From the sequence record SRR22947727_1903: DNA of 34,477 bases. The stretch is one strand, 5' to 3'. How positions within the stretch are numbered: position 1 is the first letter of the stretch; every line of letters starts with the position of its first letter. Position numbers and translations under genes: made by a program. Below the pieces are notes generated by a model that worked only from the letters and a program-made list of their open reading frames with translations, was not told the DNA's origin and did no database searches. Positions 19,626 through 28,881 of this stretch are shown piece after piece.

Positions 19626-20681
19626 ATGCCCTCCGATTTTTCCTGGCCTGAGACGTTAACGCAGTTGCTCGATCGACGTGATTTGACTGTCGCGCAAGCA
19701 AGCAGCGCGATGGAGGCAGTGATGGCGGGGGAGGTCACGGACTCCCAAATGGCCGCGTTTCTTGTGGCGCTTCGGGCCAAGTCGGAAACCGTGGACGAGA
19801 TTGTGGGTTTTCGCGACGCTGTTCTGAAGCACGCTGTTGCCTTGCCTATCAACCCGATGGTTCTCGATATTGTCGGCACCGGGGGAGACCCTTATGGCGC
19901 GGTGGTCAACGTGTCGTCCATCGCCTCGATTGTGGCCGCTGCAGCGGGCGTTCCCGTTGTTAAACACGGCAATCGCGCCGCCAGCTCTGCCTCAGGAGCG
20001 AGTGATGTTCTGGGGGCACTCGGCGTGAATCTTGAACTAGAGCCCAGTGATGTGGCACGCGTGTTCCACCAGGTCGGCATGACGTTCGTGTTTGCCGCGA
20101 AGTTCCACCCAGGCTTTCGCCACGCAGCCACTGCTCGCAAAGAAATCGGTATCCCCACGGTGTTCAACATTCTGGGGCCGCTGTGTAACCCGGTGAGGCC
20201 AGAAGCCAGCGCCGTGGGGGTCAGCAATCTTGGGCGTGTGCCTCAGGTGGCGGGGGTTTTTAGGACCCGTGGGGCCACGGCATTGGTGTATCGCGGTGAT
20301 GATGGCATCGACAAGATGACCACCACCGGTCACTCCCATGTGTGGGAAGTGACCAGAGGCCAAATTTATGAGCATGATGTGAACTCAGAGGAATTGGGTC
20401 TCGCGAAAGCACGCCCGGAGGATCTTCTTGGGGACAGCCCTGAACACAATGCGACTCTTGCCAGGAACGTGCTTGCTGGAGAGCCCGGGCCGGTGCGTGA
20501 CATCGTGGTGCTGAACGCTGCAGCTGGCTTGGCGTCCTTTGCCTTGGCAGAAAACCCTGCCGAGCGGGAACGGGGACTCATGGAGCGTTTGAGCGAGAAA
20601 ATTGCCGTTGCGCAGTCGACACTTGATTCCGGGCTCGCCCAGGCGAAGCTCGACGAGTGGGTTGCTTCGACCAACTCCTAA
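19626..20681 (+). CDS. trpD: Anthranilate phosphoribosyltransferase
   Basis: DIVGTGGD, KHGNRAASS..GASDVL, TVFNILGPLCNP, VVLNAAA. Start likely ATG 19626 (TAACAT 7 nt upstream). Confidence 0.96.
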   Translation: MPSDFSWPETLTQLLDRRDLTVAQASSAMEAVMAGEVTDSQMAAFLVALRAKSETVDEIVGFRDAVLKHAVALPINPMVLDIVGTGGDPYGAVVNVSSIASIVAAAAGVPVVKHGNRAASSASGASDVLGALGVNLELEPSDVARVFHQVGMTFVFAAKFHPGFRHAATARKEIGIPTVFNILGPLCNPVRPEASAVGVSNLGRVPQVAGVFRTRGATALVYRGDDGIDKMTTTGHSHVWEVTRGQIYEHDVNSEELGLAKARPEDLLGDSPEHNATLARNVLAGEPGPVRDIVVLNAAAGLASFALAENPAERERGLMERLSEKIAVAQSTLDSGLAQAKLDEWVASTNS

Positions 20682-20731
20682 TTGCGGGGTAGTGGGGGCG
20701 CCTCCACACAGCGACGGACCCTCAGCTCGTA

Positions 20732-20759
20732 AACTGACATAATATAGATTATCGGAGTC
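20732..20759 (-). other. dif: dif-like XerC/XerD chromosome dimer resolution site
   Basis: Minus strand reads GACTCCGATAA-TCTATA-TTATGTCAGTT (11-6-11), resembling E. coli dif GGTGCGCATAA-TGTATA-TTATGTTAAAT. It is an AT-rich island between convergent genes, at the gene-orientation switch. Confidence 0.88.
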
Positions 20760-21217
20760 TACAGAGAAGTGGCGAGCTTTCGCATCAGCTCTGGTAGCGG
20801 TCCTGGCTCGTAGGGTTCACTCTGGCCCTCTAACTCTTCTGCAGTGAACCATGCCCACTGTGTGACGTCGATATGTTCCTCAGCAGTCCAGAACGTACTT
20901 GCTGGTTCAAACCGTTCACTGCGCAATAAAAAGTACTCGGCGTATCCCCGATTGTGATCCGCGTGGTCAAAAGTCACCTCGAAGCTGTAAGTCCACACTG
21001 GATCACCCGCGTTATCAAAGCGCCGGCCCGTTTCCTCGTGGAGCTCCCGGAGGGCTGCTTCGCCGTGTGTTTCTCCGGGGTCAACACCGCCACCCGGAGT
21101 AATCCACCTCGAATAGCCGGAAGAATCTGGTGCGGCGGTCATGAAAAACAGGCATGCACCATGTGGGTCCATCAGTAGAACCCTGCTGGTGAGGCGGAGG
21201 GCGTCCTTCGCTGGCAC
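20759..21217 (-). CDS. NUDIX hydrolase
   Basis: Intact Nudix box GGGVDPGETHGEAALRELHEETG. Confidence 0.9.
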   Translation of the reverse strand: MPAKDALRLTSRVLLMDPHGACLFFMTAAPDSSGYSRWITPGGGVDPGETHGEAALRELHEETGRRFDNAGDPVWTYSFEVTFDHADHNRGYAEYFLLRSERFEPASTFWTAEEHIDVTQWAWFTAEELEGQSEPYEPGPLPELMRKLATSL

Positions 21218-21981
21218 TAGGAGGTCTGAAAGCTCGAAATATCGCCCACGAGGCGTGTGTGGTCGTCAGGAATGTCTTCCACAGCAGCGAGTGCTACCTC
21301 GGCCGCAAACTCATCCACGTTGTAGAGCTTGCCAACTTGCTCTTTCCGTTGGTCGATGACACCAGGGTTTGCCCGGTTCAGAAGCGTTGCGGTGACCGTT
21401 CCCTCGATCATGTCGCCCGACACCACGACAAAATCAATACCGAGGCTTTTCATCTGGTCATTCATGCCACGCAGAGCGTCTTCTCCAGCTCGTTTGGAGA
21501 GCGCGACAGGCACATACTCCGGCATTGTCTCAACCTCGCGAATGAAGTGGGCTTGGTGGCTGGTCACGAACACCACCCTTGTTCCGCGCTCCATCAGAGG
21601 CAATGCGCTCATCAGAAGTCCCACCTGAGCGTCGCGGTTGAGCTTCATGGCGTAGTCCTCGCCCATGTCAGCTTCCATGCCTCCGGACGCGTTCAGAATG
21701 AGGAGGTCAAGGCCGCCCCAGCGCTCCTTGATTGACCCCATCATCCGGGCGACGCCCACTGGATCTGTCAGATCAGCTCCCACGGCGATGGCGGTGCCAC
21801 CGGAGGCCTCAATGCTCTCCGCGAGTTTCTGGGCACGAGCCTCCTTGTTGCGGTAGTTGATAACAACGGAGGCTCCAGCGTCTGCTAAGTATTCTGCGGT
21901 TTTCGCACCTATGCCGCGGGAGGACCCGGTAATGAGGGCCCGCGCTCCAGTGAGCTGGCCAGGAGTGAGCGGATTCGTCAT
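21217..21981 (-). CDS. SDR family oxidoreductase (YX6K type, FabL-like)
   Basis: TGSSRGIG Rossmann motif, INYR, LNASGG, EYVPVALSK. Confidence 0.88.
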   Translation of the reverse strand: MTNPLTPGQLTGARALITGSSRGIGAKTAEYLADAGASVVINYRNKEARAQKLAESIEASGGTAIAVGADLTDPVGVARMMGSIKERWGGLDLLILNASGGMEADMGEDYAMKLNRDAQVGLLMSALPLMERGTRVVFVTSHQAHFIREVETMPEYVPVALSKRAGEDALRGMNDQMKSLGIDFVVVSGDMIEGTVTATLLNRANPGVIDQRKEQVGKLYNVDEFAAEVALAAVEDIPDDHTRLVGDISSFQTS

Positions 21982-22060
21982 TGTCCGAGCCTATAAGGAG
22001 TCGTTTGTTTTGGATGCTTATACTTGCCGACAGCATCTCAACGGAAAAAGTGGGTAGGTC

Positions 22061-22828
22061 GTGACGTTTTTGGAGGGGCAGCATCCTCGCGTCATCGCCC
22101 ATCGCGGTTTAGCCCTGAAACACGCAGAAAATACGGTGGGCGCCTTCGAGGCAGCCCTGAACTCCGGGGCAGACATTCTGGAGACAGACGTTCACCTGTC
22201 GAAAGAGGGGTCTGTCATCGTTGCCCACGACCCTGATCTCACGCGCGTTGCAGGGCGCCCAGGACTAGTGGCGGACTTTAGCGAGCGCCAGCTGGCGGAG
22301 ATGGATCTGGGCTTTGGTGAGGGGTTTCCCACTCTGGATCAAGTCTTGAGACGATTCCCCAAGGCCAAGTTCAACATTGATCTCAAAACTCGCGCTGCTG
22401 TGGACCCTTTTGTGGAGGTCATTCGGTCTCATGGCGCGGAGAACCGAATTCTCGCCACCTCCTTTGATGAGCCCACGCGCCAGGCCGTGGTCAACCTGCT
22501 CCCCGAGGTTGCGAGCAGCACCTCCCAATCGATGGTCATTCAGGCGCGCCTGCGCACGTGGCTGGGTCTTCCGATGGAGAGATGGGCTGTGCCCCCGGAG
22601 GTCGTGGCACTCCAGATTCCCCCTGCCATGTATGGACTAGCTCTCGTGACTCCAAGCATGCTGCGCCTGGCCAAAAGAAAAGGGCTTGAGGTCCACGTAT
22701 GGACTATCAACAACCCTGACGACATGAGACGCCTCTGGACGATGGGGGTTCACGGGATCGTCACAGACCGCAGCGATCTTGCCGTTGAGGTCCGGGGGGA
22801 ACTCTTCCCCGAGCTCACGCTGGGTTAG
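22061..22828 (+). CDS. Glycerophosphodiester phosphodiesterase (GDPD family)
   Basis: IAHRG, ENT, ETDVHLS, VAHD, NIDLK, VHVWTIN, GIVTDR. Confidence 0.93.
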   Translation: MTFLEGQHPRVIAHRGLALKHAENTVGAFEAALNSGADILETDVHLSKEGSVIVAHDPDLTRVAGRPGLVADFSERQLAEMDLGFGEGFPTLDQVLRRFPKAKFNIDLKTRAAVDPFVEVIRSHGAENRILATSFDEPTRQAVVNLLPEVASSTSQSMVIQARLRTWLGLPMERWAVPPEVVALQIPPAMYGLALVTPSMLRLAKRKGLEVHVWTINNPDDMRRLWTMGVHGIVTDRSDLAVEVRGELFPELTLG

Positions 22829-24407
22829 AGACCACTCCCCCACGTCCGCTTCGTGGAGATCGCTGACGCTCACCGAGCATGGCGATCAGAATCCCGGACA
22901 GTGTGAATCCGACCACGAGTAGCTCCAGGTTCCGACCAATCAGTGTTGCCGGAGTGGTGTGGTCTGCGAGTGGGACGTCCAGGAGCATGTATCCCTCCTC
23001 GTAGGTGGGTAGGCGGTCAAGTTCCCTCCCCCACGGGTCAATCACGGCACTCGTACCCACGGTAGAAATATTCACAACGCTCCGGCCAGTCTCAATGGCG
23101 CGCATGCGGGCGATAGAGAGCTGTTGGATGCTCTGATCGGTGCGACCGAAATCAGCGTTGTTGGTGGGAGCAAAAATGATGTCGGCACCGGAGTCCATCA
23201 TCGACCACACAATTTCGTCATCCACGATGTCGAAACAGATGGCAATGCCTGCTGTGGCACCGTCCACCTCGAACACGGTGTCGCGTTGACCAAACGAATA
23301 ATCCCTCGGCACCATGTCGAAAAGACCGGGAGCTAGAGGGTAGAAAAAGTCACGCCACGGTAGGTATTCGGCAAAGGGGACGGGATGAATTTTGTCGTAT
23401 TGGTCGCGCACGATGTCTCTGCCGGTCTCCGCCTCGTATTCCCAGAGCAACACGCTGTTGAACGTCTTGTCACCGTCTCGAGTAATCGTTCCCACCACTA
23501 GCGGAGCCCCCATTTCGCGGGAGACCTCTGACACGAGTGCTGCCGCTTCCGGGTACCTCAGGGGGTCAACATCGGAGGCGTTTTCTGGCCAGATGACGAC
23601 GTCGACGTGTTGCCCATACAGCGGCGTCGTTACTCGGTAGTGATCGGCAAGGTTGTCACCCCAGTCGTAATCGGCGAACAAACCCGCATCGGCGTTCCCT
23701 TGGACTGCGAGCACACGGATCGACCCTGATTCTTGGACAGGCCACGCTGGCCACACGACCAAAGCGAGTGCTGCCGACCAGGCCAAGGTGGCTCTTGCAT
23801 CCCAGGCGAGGCGTTTGTCTGTCATCAGAGCAATCACGAAGGCGACGAAAAATGCGAGAAGAAAGCTCATCCCCGAGGTCCCCACCCAGGCGACCAACGG
23901 CGCCAGGGTGCTCTCGGATTGACTTTGGGAGAGTCTCGCCCAGGCAAAACCGCCAAACGGGAATACCGAGGACACGGCTTCCCTGGTCATCCAGGCACCG
24001 CCTACCAGCGCAGGAGTGATGACGAGTCGCCCGGTGAGGCTTGGCCACTGCCTCGATCCGTAATGCCAGGCGAGCCCCACCAGCCCCATGCCGAGGCTGA
24101 AGAAGAAGACTTGGGCCAGGGTGAGGGCAATCCAGGGAATGAGACCCAGGTAGACGGTGAGCCACCAGATCAAAATCCCAAAGAAGGTGAACCCTCCGAC
24201 GGCACCCACCAATAGGGCTCGGTGAAACGACAGCCCCCGTGCTGAGAGGAGCATGAGGGCTAGGCCCACCAGCGCGAGGGTCCAGATGTCATGGTCAGGG
24301 AAACCGAAATCCATAACCCACCCGGCCAGTATCGCCATCCCCAGCGCGACAGGAACAGAGGGGACGAAACGCAGATGGTTGCGCTGATCGAGGGAGGAGG
24401 GAGTCAT
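22815..24407 (-). CDS. lnt: Apolipoprotein N-acyltransferase
   Basis: Multi-TM N-terminus, PFGGFAW, nitrilase triad motifs WPEN / YDKIHPVPFAEY / ICFD, ARMRAIETGR. Confidence 0.95.
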   Translation of the reverse strand: MTPSSLDQRNHLRFVPSVPVALGMAILAGWVMDFGFPDHDIWTLALVGLALMLLSARGLSFHRALLVGAVGGFTFFGILIWWLTVYLGLIPWIALTLAQVFFFSLGMGLVGLAWHYGSRQWPSLTGRLVITPALVGGAWMTREAVSSVFPFGGFAWARLSQSQSESTLAPLVAWVGTSGMSFLLAFFVAFVIALMTDKRLAWDARATLAWSAALALVVWPAWPVQESGSIRVLAVQGNADAGLFADYDWGDNLADHYRVTTPLYGQHVDVVIWPENASDVDPLRYPEAAALVSEVSREMGAPLVVGTITRDGDKTFNSVLLWEYEAETGRDIVRDQYDKIHPVPFAEYLPWRDFFYPLAPGLFDMVPRDYSFGQRDTVFEVDGATAGIAICFDIVDDEIVWSMMDSGADIIFAPTNNADFGRTDQSIQQLSIARMRAIETGRSVVNISTVGTSAVIDPWGRELDRLPTYEEGYMLLDVPLADHTTPATLIGRNLELLVVGFTLSGILIAMLGERQRSPRSGRGGVVSNPA

Positions 24408-24419
24408 CAGCCTCGTAGC

Positions 24420-26831
24420 CTAAGCGACACTGCTGAGTGCAACAATGCCCCGGAATACCAGGGCCCGTGCTTCCAGGGCAGTGTGATGAATCGGGCCAAC
24501 ACCGACGGTGATGATTTGGTCGAGAACATCGACGATTTGTTTACACCAGCGCACAAAGTCGCCGACCTGGACTTCGTCGCCTTCCAGAATGTCATCAAGA
24601 TGGTGGCCCTGCGCCCAGCGATACACGGCTAGGGCAAGCTGGGGTGAGAGTTCAGAGCTGACCGGAAGCTGATGCTTCATCTCGACCTCGGTCAGCTTCC
24701 GGTGCAATCGCCGCGTGTGATCCAGCGCGCCCGGAAAATTTCCCCCGGGAAGAAAACGCGGGTCAACAGGTCCATCATCCCGCCGTGGCTCATAGACCAG
24801 GGCTGCGACCATGGCCGCAAGCTCTGAGGCACTCAGATCGCTCCAGGCTTGTCGCCTCAGGCACTCAGCGACCAGAAGGTCTCGCTCACCATAAATCCGC
24901 CTCAAAATGGTGCCGTGGTCGGTGATCTCGAGCTCTGAGTCGCCCTGCTTGAGATAACCAGTCTCGAGGAGGACATCCATGACCCTGGTGAAGGTCGTGG
25001 AAATCGCGCCGGTGCGACGACGAATTTGTGAGCGCACTTTCTCAGTTTCTTTTTCGAGCTTCCACCAACGCTCAGACCACCGGGCGTGAGATTCCCGATC
25101 AGAACACTGATGGCAGGGGTGGTGAGAGAGTGATTTTCGAAGCTTGGCCATCTCCTGAGGTGTGGCTGCCTGACCCTTTTTCGACACGTGACCCCGTTGC
25201 CGCTCGAGGTCACTAAGGTCTCTTCGGAGCCGACCGTATTCGGCAAAATCTCCCAGGTGGCAGGTCATGGCCTCGAGATAACCCTCCAGTGACTCCTCGT
25301 TCTTGCGGACAGTACGTGCAAGCTCCACCACGTGGCGGTCTGCCTGAAATTGGGCAAAGGAGGACTCCAGGATGCTCCGGGTTTGCTCCACCCCAAACTG
25401 CGCAATCAAGTTGACCGCCATGTTGTAGGTCGGCTTGAAGCTTGATTTCAGGGGGTAGGACCGTCTTGATGCGAGCGCGGCCACAGCCTCCGGGTTGATT
25501 CCCGGTTGCCAAATAATGACCGAGTGCCCTTCGTCATCGATACCTCGCCGACCCGCTCGCCCGGTGAGCTGGGTGTACTCCCCTGCCGTGATCGGGACTC
25601 GGGCTTCGCCATTGAATTTGTCGAGCTTTTCGAGGACAACGGTGCGCGCAGGCATGTTGATACCGAGCGCCAGCGTTTCGGTGGCAAAGACCACTTTGAG
25701 GAGTTTGCGTCGAAAGAGCTCCTCCACCACTTCCTTGAACATGGGCAACATGCCAGCGTGGTGGGCGGCGACTCCGCGCAGCACGCCATCCAGCCAGGAG
25801 TCATATCCCAGTACTCCACGATCGTCATCGTCGAGGCGATCGAGTTTTTCCTCAACAAGGTCCAGAATTGCCACGCGCTCGTGCTCCCTCGTGAGGGTGA
25901 CCCCCCGATTGAGCACCTGTGACACCGCTTGGTCGCAACCGATTCGGGAAAAGATAAAGAAAATCGCGGGGAGTAGTTCGTTCTCATCCAGGAGTGAAAT
26001 GACATCGGAGCGATAGACCTTGTGGCGCCTATCTTCGTAACGCTGGTAGCGGGGTGCTCCCCTTCCGCGTGAGCCGCGCGGACTTGTGCTGCGACCGAGC
26101 ATCTGTGAGGTCTGCACAACTTCTGGATTAACTTCCAGCTTGCCTTTGCGGGCATGAAAAAGAGGCAAGAGCTTGTGGGCGAACATCATGTGTTGGTGGA
26201 GCGGAACCGGTCGGTCTTCACTCACGATCACGTCGGTGTGTCCACGAACGGTTTGTAACCAATCCCCGAACTCTTCAGCGTTGGACACCGTGGCGCTCAG
26301 GGAAATAAGTTGCACCGAAGACGGCAAGTGGATGATGACCTCTTCCCAGACTGCCCCGCGGAAGCGATCGGCGAGGTAGTGGACCTCATCCATGATGACG
26401 TAGCCCAGATTCTCCAGCAGGTCACTCTTCGCATAGAGCATGTTGCGCAACACCTCAGTGGTCATAATGACCACCCGTGCCCGAGGGTTGACGCTGCTAT
26501 CGCCGGTGAGCAGACCAATCTCGTCCGCACCATAGGTGGCGACGAGTTCTTGAAACTTTTGGTTCGATAACGCTTTCATGGGCGTGGTGTAAAACACTTT
26601 CACCTGCGCCTGCAGCATCGCCAGATGCACGGCAAACTCCGCGACAATCGTCTTTCCCGCCCCCGTGGGCGCGGCGACGAGCACACCGCGACCGTCCTCC
26701 ACGGACTCGCAGGAGGCGACCTGGAAGTGATCGAGATCGAACCCCAAGCCAGCCCTAAAGGCCTCCAACTTGGGATGGCCCTGGCGCGATCGGGCAGCCT
26801 GGAACTTGTCCGCGGGACTCAAAGTGGTCAT
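24420..26831 (-). CDS. helY: Ski2-like DEAD/DEAH-box helicase (HelY)
   Basis: APTGAGKT, TPMKALSNQK, DEVH, LSAT, ATETLALGINMPA, QLTGRAGRRG, DSHCT-like GDFVRW C-terminus. Confidence 0.93.
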   Translation of the reverse strand: MTTLSPADKFQAARSRQGHPKLEAFRAGLGFDLDHFQVASCESVEDGRGVLVAAPTGAGKTIVAEFAVHLAMLQAQVKVFYTTPMKALSNQKFQELVATYGADEIGLLTGDSSVNPRARVVIMTTEVLRNMLYAKSDLLENLGYVIMDEVHYLADRFRGAVWEEVIIHLPSSVQLISLSATVSNAEEFGDWLQTVRGHTDVIVSEDRPVPLHQHMMFAHKLLPLFHARKGKLEVNPEVVQTSQMLGRSTSPRGSRGRGAPRYQRYEDRRHKVYRSDVISLLDENELLPAIFFIFSRIGCDQAVSQVLNRGVTLTREHERVAILDLVEEKLDRLDDDDRGVLGYDSWLDGVLRGVAAHHAGMLPMFKEVVEELFRRKLLKVVFATETLALGINMPARTVVLEKLDKFNGEARVPITAGEYTQLTGRAGRRGIDDEGHSVIIWQPGINPEAVAALASRRSYPLKSSFKPTYNMAVNLIAQFGVEQTRSILESSFAQFQADRHVVELARTVRKNEESLEGYLEAMTCHLGDFAEYGRLRRDLSDLERQRGHVSKKGQAATPQEMAKLRKSLSHHPCHQCSDRESHARWSERWWKLEKETEKVRSQIRRRTGAISTTFTRVMDVLLETGYLKQGDSELEITDHGTILRRIYGERDLLVAECLRRQAWSDLSASELAAMVAALVYEPRRDDGPVDPRFLPGGNFPGALDHTRRLHRKLTEVEMKHQLPVSSELSPQLALAVYRWAQGHHLDDILEGDEVQVGDFVRWCKQIVDVLDQIITVGVGPIHHTALEARALVFRGIVALSSVA

Positions 26832-26843
26832 CAACCAGCGGCT

Positions 26844-27635
26844 CTAGTTCTCAGCGCTGTTCTGGAGGAGCTTGGCGGCCTTTTTGGCCTGACGGCGATC
26901 GTTGAGCCAGGCAATACCTGCGGCCAGGAAATACAGAATCACCATGGGGATAGCCAGAAGAATCATGGAGACCACGTCCGCGGCTGGTGTGGCCAGTGCG
27001 GTAAACACCGAAATCACCACTATCGCCCAACGCCAGCCTCCGATGATGGCTTTCGCGCTCAACACCCCAATGACGTTCAGAAGCACCAAGAAGACGGGGA
27101 GCACAAAACCCACACCAATGGCCACCACCAGTTTGAGGGCAAAGTCGAGATACACCTTCGCGGTGAGCAAGGTGGAGGACTGCTCGGGAGCAAACCCAGT
27201 GAGCAACACCACAATGTTTGGTAGAACCCACCAACCCATGCTCACGCCCGCGAAAAAGAGCGGTACTGCTGCCCCGAGGAAGCCCAAAGCGTAGCGACGT
27301 TCCTTCCGCATGAGAGCTGGGACAAAGAATGCCCAGACTTGATAGAGCCACACTGGTGCCGCCATCACAATGCCGAGCACCAGGGCAATGGCCACCTTGG
27401 TATCAAACGCTTCCGTGACCGAGGTGTAGTTGATGTCAGCATCACGGTCACGCTCTCGAGCAATCTCGAGAACAGGCTCACTCAGTGCCGCCCACACCGG
27501 ATCAGCGAGGAACCAACCGCCGATGCCCGCCACCACGATGGAAATACCAATGATGCCCAGCCGGCGTCTGAGCTCCACCAAGTGTTCCCCCAAGGACATG
27601 CGTCCCTCAGGAGAGCGGCGCCTACTGGCAGCCAC
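26844..27635 (-). CDS. tatC: Twin-arginine translocase subunit TatC
   Basis: MSLGEHLVELRRRL, PVWLYQVWAFFVPAL, ATPAAD; about six TM segments. Confidence 0.96.
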   Translation of the reverse strand: MAASRRRSPEGRMSLGEHLVELRRRLGIIGISIVVAGIGGWFLADPVWAALSEPVLEIARERDRDADINYTSVTEAFDTKVAIALVLGIVMAAPVWLYQVWAFFVPALMRKERRYALGFLGAAVPLFFAGVSMGWWVLPNIVVLLTGFAPEQSSTLLTAKVYLDFALKLVVAIGVGFVLPVFLVLLNVIGVLSAKAIIGGWRWAIVVISVFTALATPAADVVSMILLAIPMVILYFLAAGIAWLNDRRQAKKAAKLLQNSAEN

Positions 27636-27637
27636 GG

Positions 27638-27841
27638 TTAGCGCTTGGTGTCGTCGGAACCTTCGGAGCCGGAAGAGTCTGCCGAATCGGTGCTGTCATC
27701 GCCAGGGCGGACCTCACTCTTGAAGATTTTCAACGACTGACCCAAGCTCTTCGCCAAAGCAGGGAGTTTGGGGGCACCAAAGAGGAGCAAAACTACGACC
27801 AAAACAATGAGACCAGTCCAGCCTCCGAGATTTCCCGACAT
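27638..27841 (-). CDS. tatA: Twin-arginine translocase subunit TatA
   Basis: LLLFGAPKLPALAKSLGQSLKIFKSE; GGAGG RBS. Confidence 0.95.
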   Translation of the reverse strand: MSGNLGGWTGLIVLVVVLLLFGAPKLPALAKSLGQSLKIFKSEVRPGDDSTDSADSSGSEGSDDTKR

Positions 27842-27891
27842 CCTCTAGCCTCCCTGTGGCGTGTGGTGGCAAAAGTGTAGCACCGGGGAGT

Positions 27892-28881
27892 TTAGGAACC
27901 CTGGTCATAGCGAGACAGGGCGCTCGCAGCGAAGCTCTGCACTGCCTCCTTCGCGGAGGCAGGCGCCAGCACCCGCACGAGGTCCGGATGCGCTCCCACA
28001 AAATGGGTGAGTGATCCGTAGTGCGCGAAGGGAATATCCACCACGACCATGTCCTGACCGGCCGGCGGGATGAAGCCTCGGGGCAGATAATCCGCAATGA
28101 TCGGCAGCGCTCTGGTGGGGCACTCGATTGTCACCACCACGTCGCTAGGAGAAGGGTCAAACAACTCTGACGAGATGTCATCAATGATCGACGAGTGATC
28201 AGCGTGGGGGTGTGTGGTGAGCTCCACCGATTCCATATAGTCCACTCGGAAAGTGCGAAGCGCTTGCCGAGTGTGACACCAGGCCCTCACGTACCAGAGT
28301 GCGTCTCGAGACTCGAGAAGTAGGGGATCGAGGGTTCGCTCCCCCGACTCTCCACGCTTGTTGTGATAGACCGCGGTGATGGAGCGGCGGATAGAAATTG
28401 CCTCGTTCAGCACGCTGACATGCTCGGCGACTGCACTTGCTCCGACCGCGATGCGGACGGGCTCCACGGCGCCACTTCCGGCGCGAAGCTTTGCCATGAC
28501 CTCTTCCAGGTCCGCGCGAGAGGAGTATGCGGGGTGGGAAGCAAGGTATTGCAAACCCGCGAGGAGAGCGGTGGCTTCTCGGGCGCTAAAGCGAGGCTTG
28601 TTATCCAAGGCCACCGTGTTCCAGAGCGTGATTCTCTGCTCACTCTCAAAAAGGTCCCAGTCGATGTCAAAAAGGTCGAGGTGAGAGTACGCCTCGTTTT
28701 CACCGGGTATCCCCGCACAGGCGATGAGCTCTACAGCGCGAACAATGTCGCTCTCACTTCTCCCGAAATGCTCGGCAGCCTCATTCACACTGACTTCCCC
28801 GCGATCCAGCACATAGGGAACCAAGGCGAGGAGCATCAGGAGGTTGTCGGAAGTGGTGGGCCTCGGAGTCGACTTAGCCAT
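27892..28881 (-). CDS. pafC: PafC-like HTH-WYL-WCX transcriptional regulator
   Basis: N-terminal wHTH (LLALVPYV), WYL domain (LDPLLL...WYVRAWC...RTFRVD). Start ATG 28881 overlaps the pafB end. Confidence 0.9.
   Translation of the reverse strand: MAKSTPRPTTSDNLLMLLALVPYVLDRGEVSVNEAAEHFGRSESDIVRAVELIACAGIPGENEAYSHLDLFDIDWDLFESEQRITLWNTVALDNKPRFSAREATALLAGLQYLASHPAYSSRADLEEVMAKLRAGSGAVEPVRIAVGASAVAEHVSVLNEAISIRRSITAVYHNKRGESGERTLDPLLLESRDALWYVRAWCHTRQALRTFRVDYMESVELTTHPHADHSSIIDDISSELFDPSPSDVVVTIECPTRALPIIADYLPRGFIPPAGQDMVVVDIPFAHYGSLTHFVGAHPDLVRVLAPASAKEAVQSFAASALSRYDQGS

Noticed and set aside
20682..21217. Integrated element at dif or at tRNA-Leu
   Set aside because: No integrase, att duplication or compositional shift seen; the tRNA 3' side is outside the window.
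22014..22031. PafBC-type promoter (TGTCGG-N10-TANNNT) upstream of the SDR
   Set aside because: TGTCGG is present on the minus strand, but no TANNNT at the required spacing.
22839..22867. Plus-strand peptide PRPLRGDR resembling an RbpA N-terminus
   Set aside because: Only a few residues with no start codon; indistinguishable from chance.
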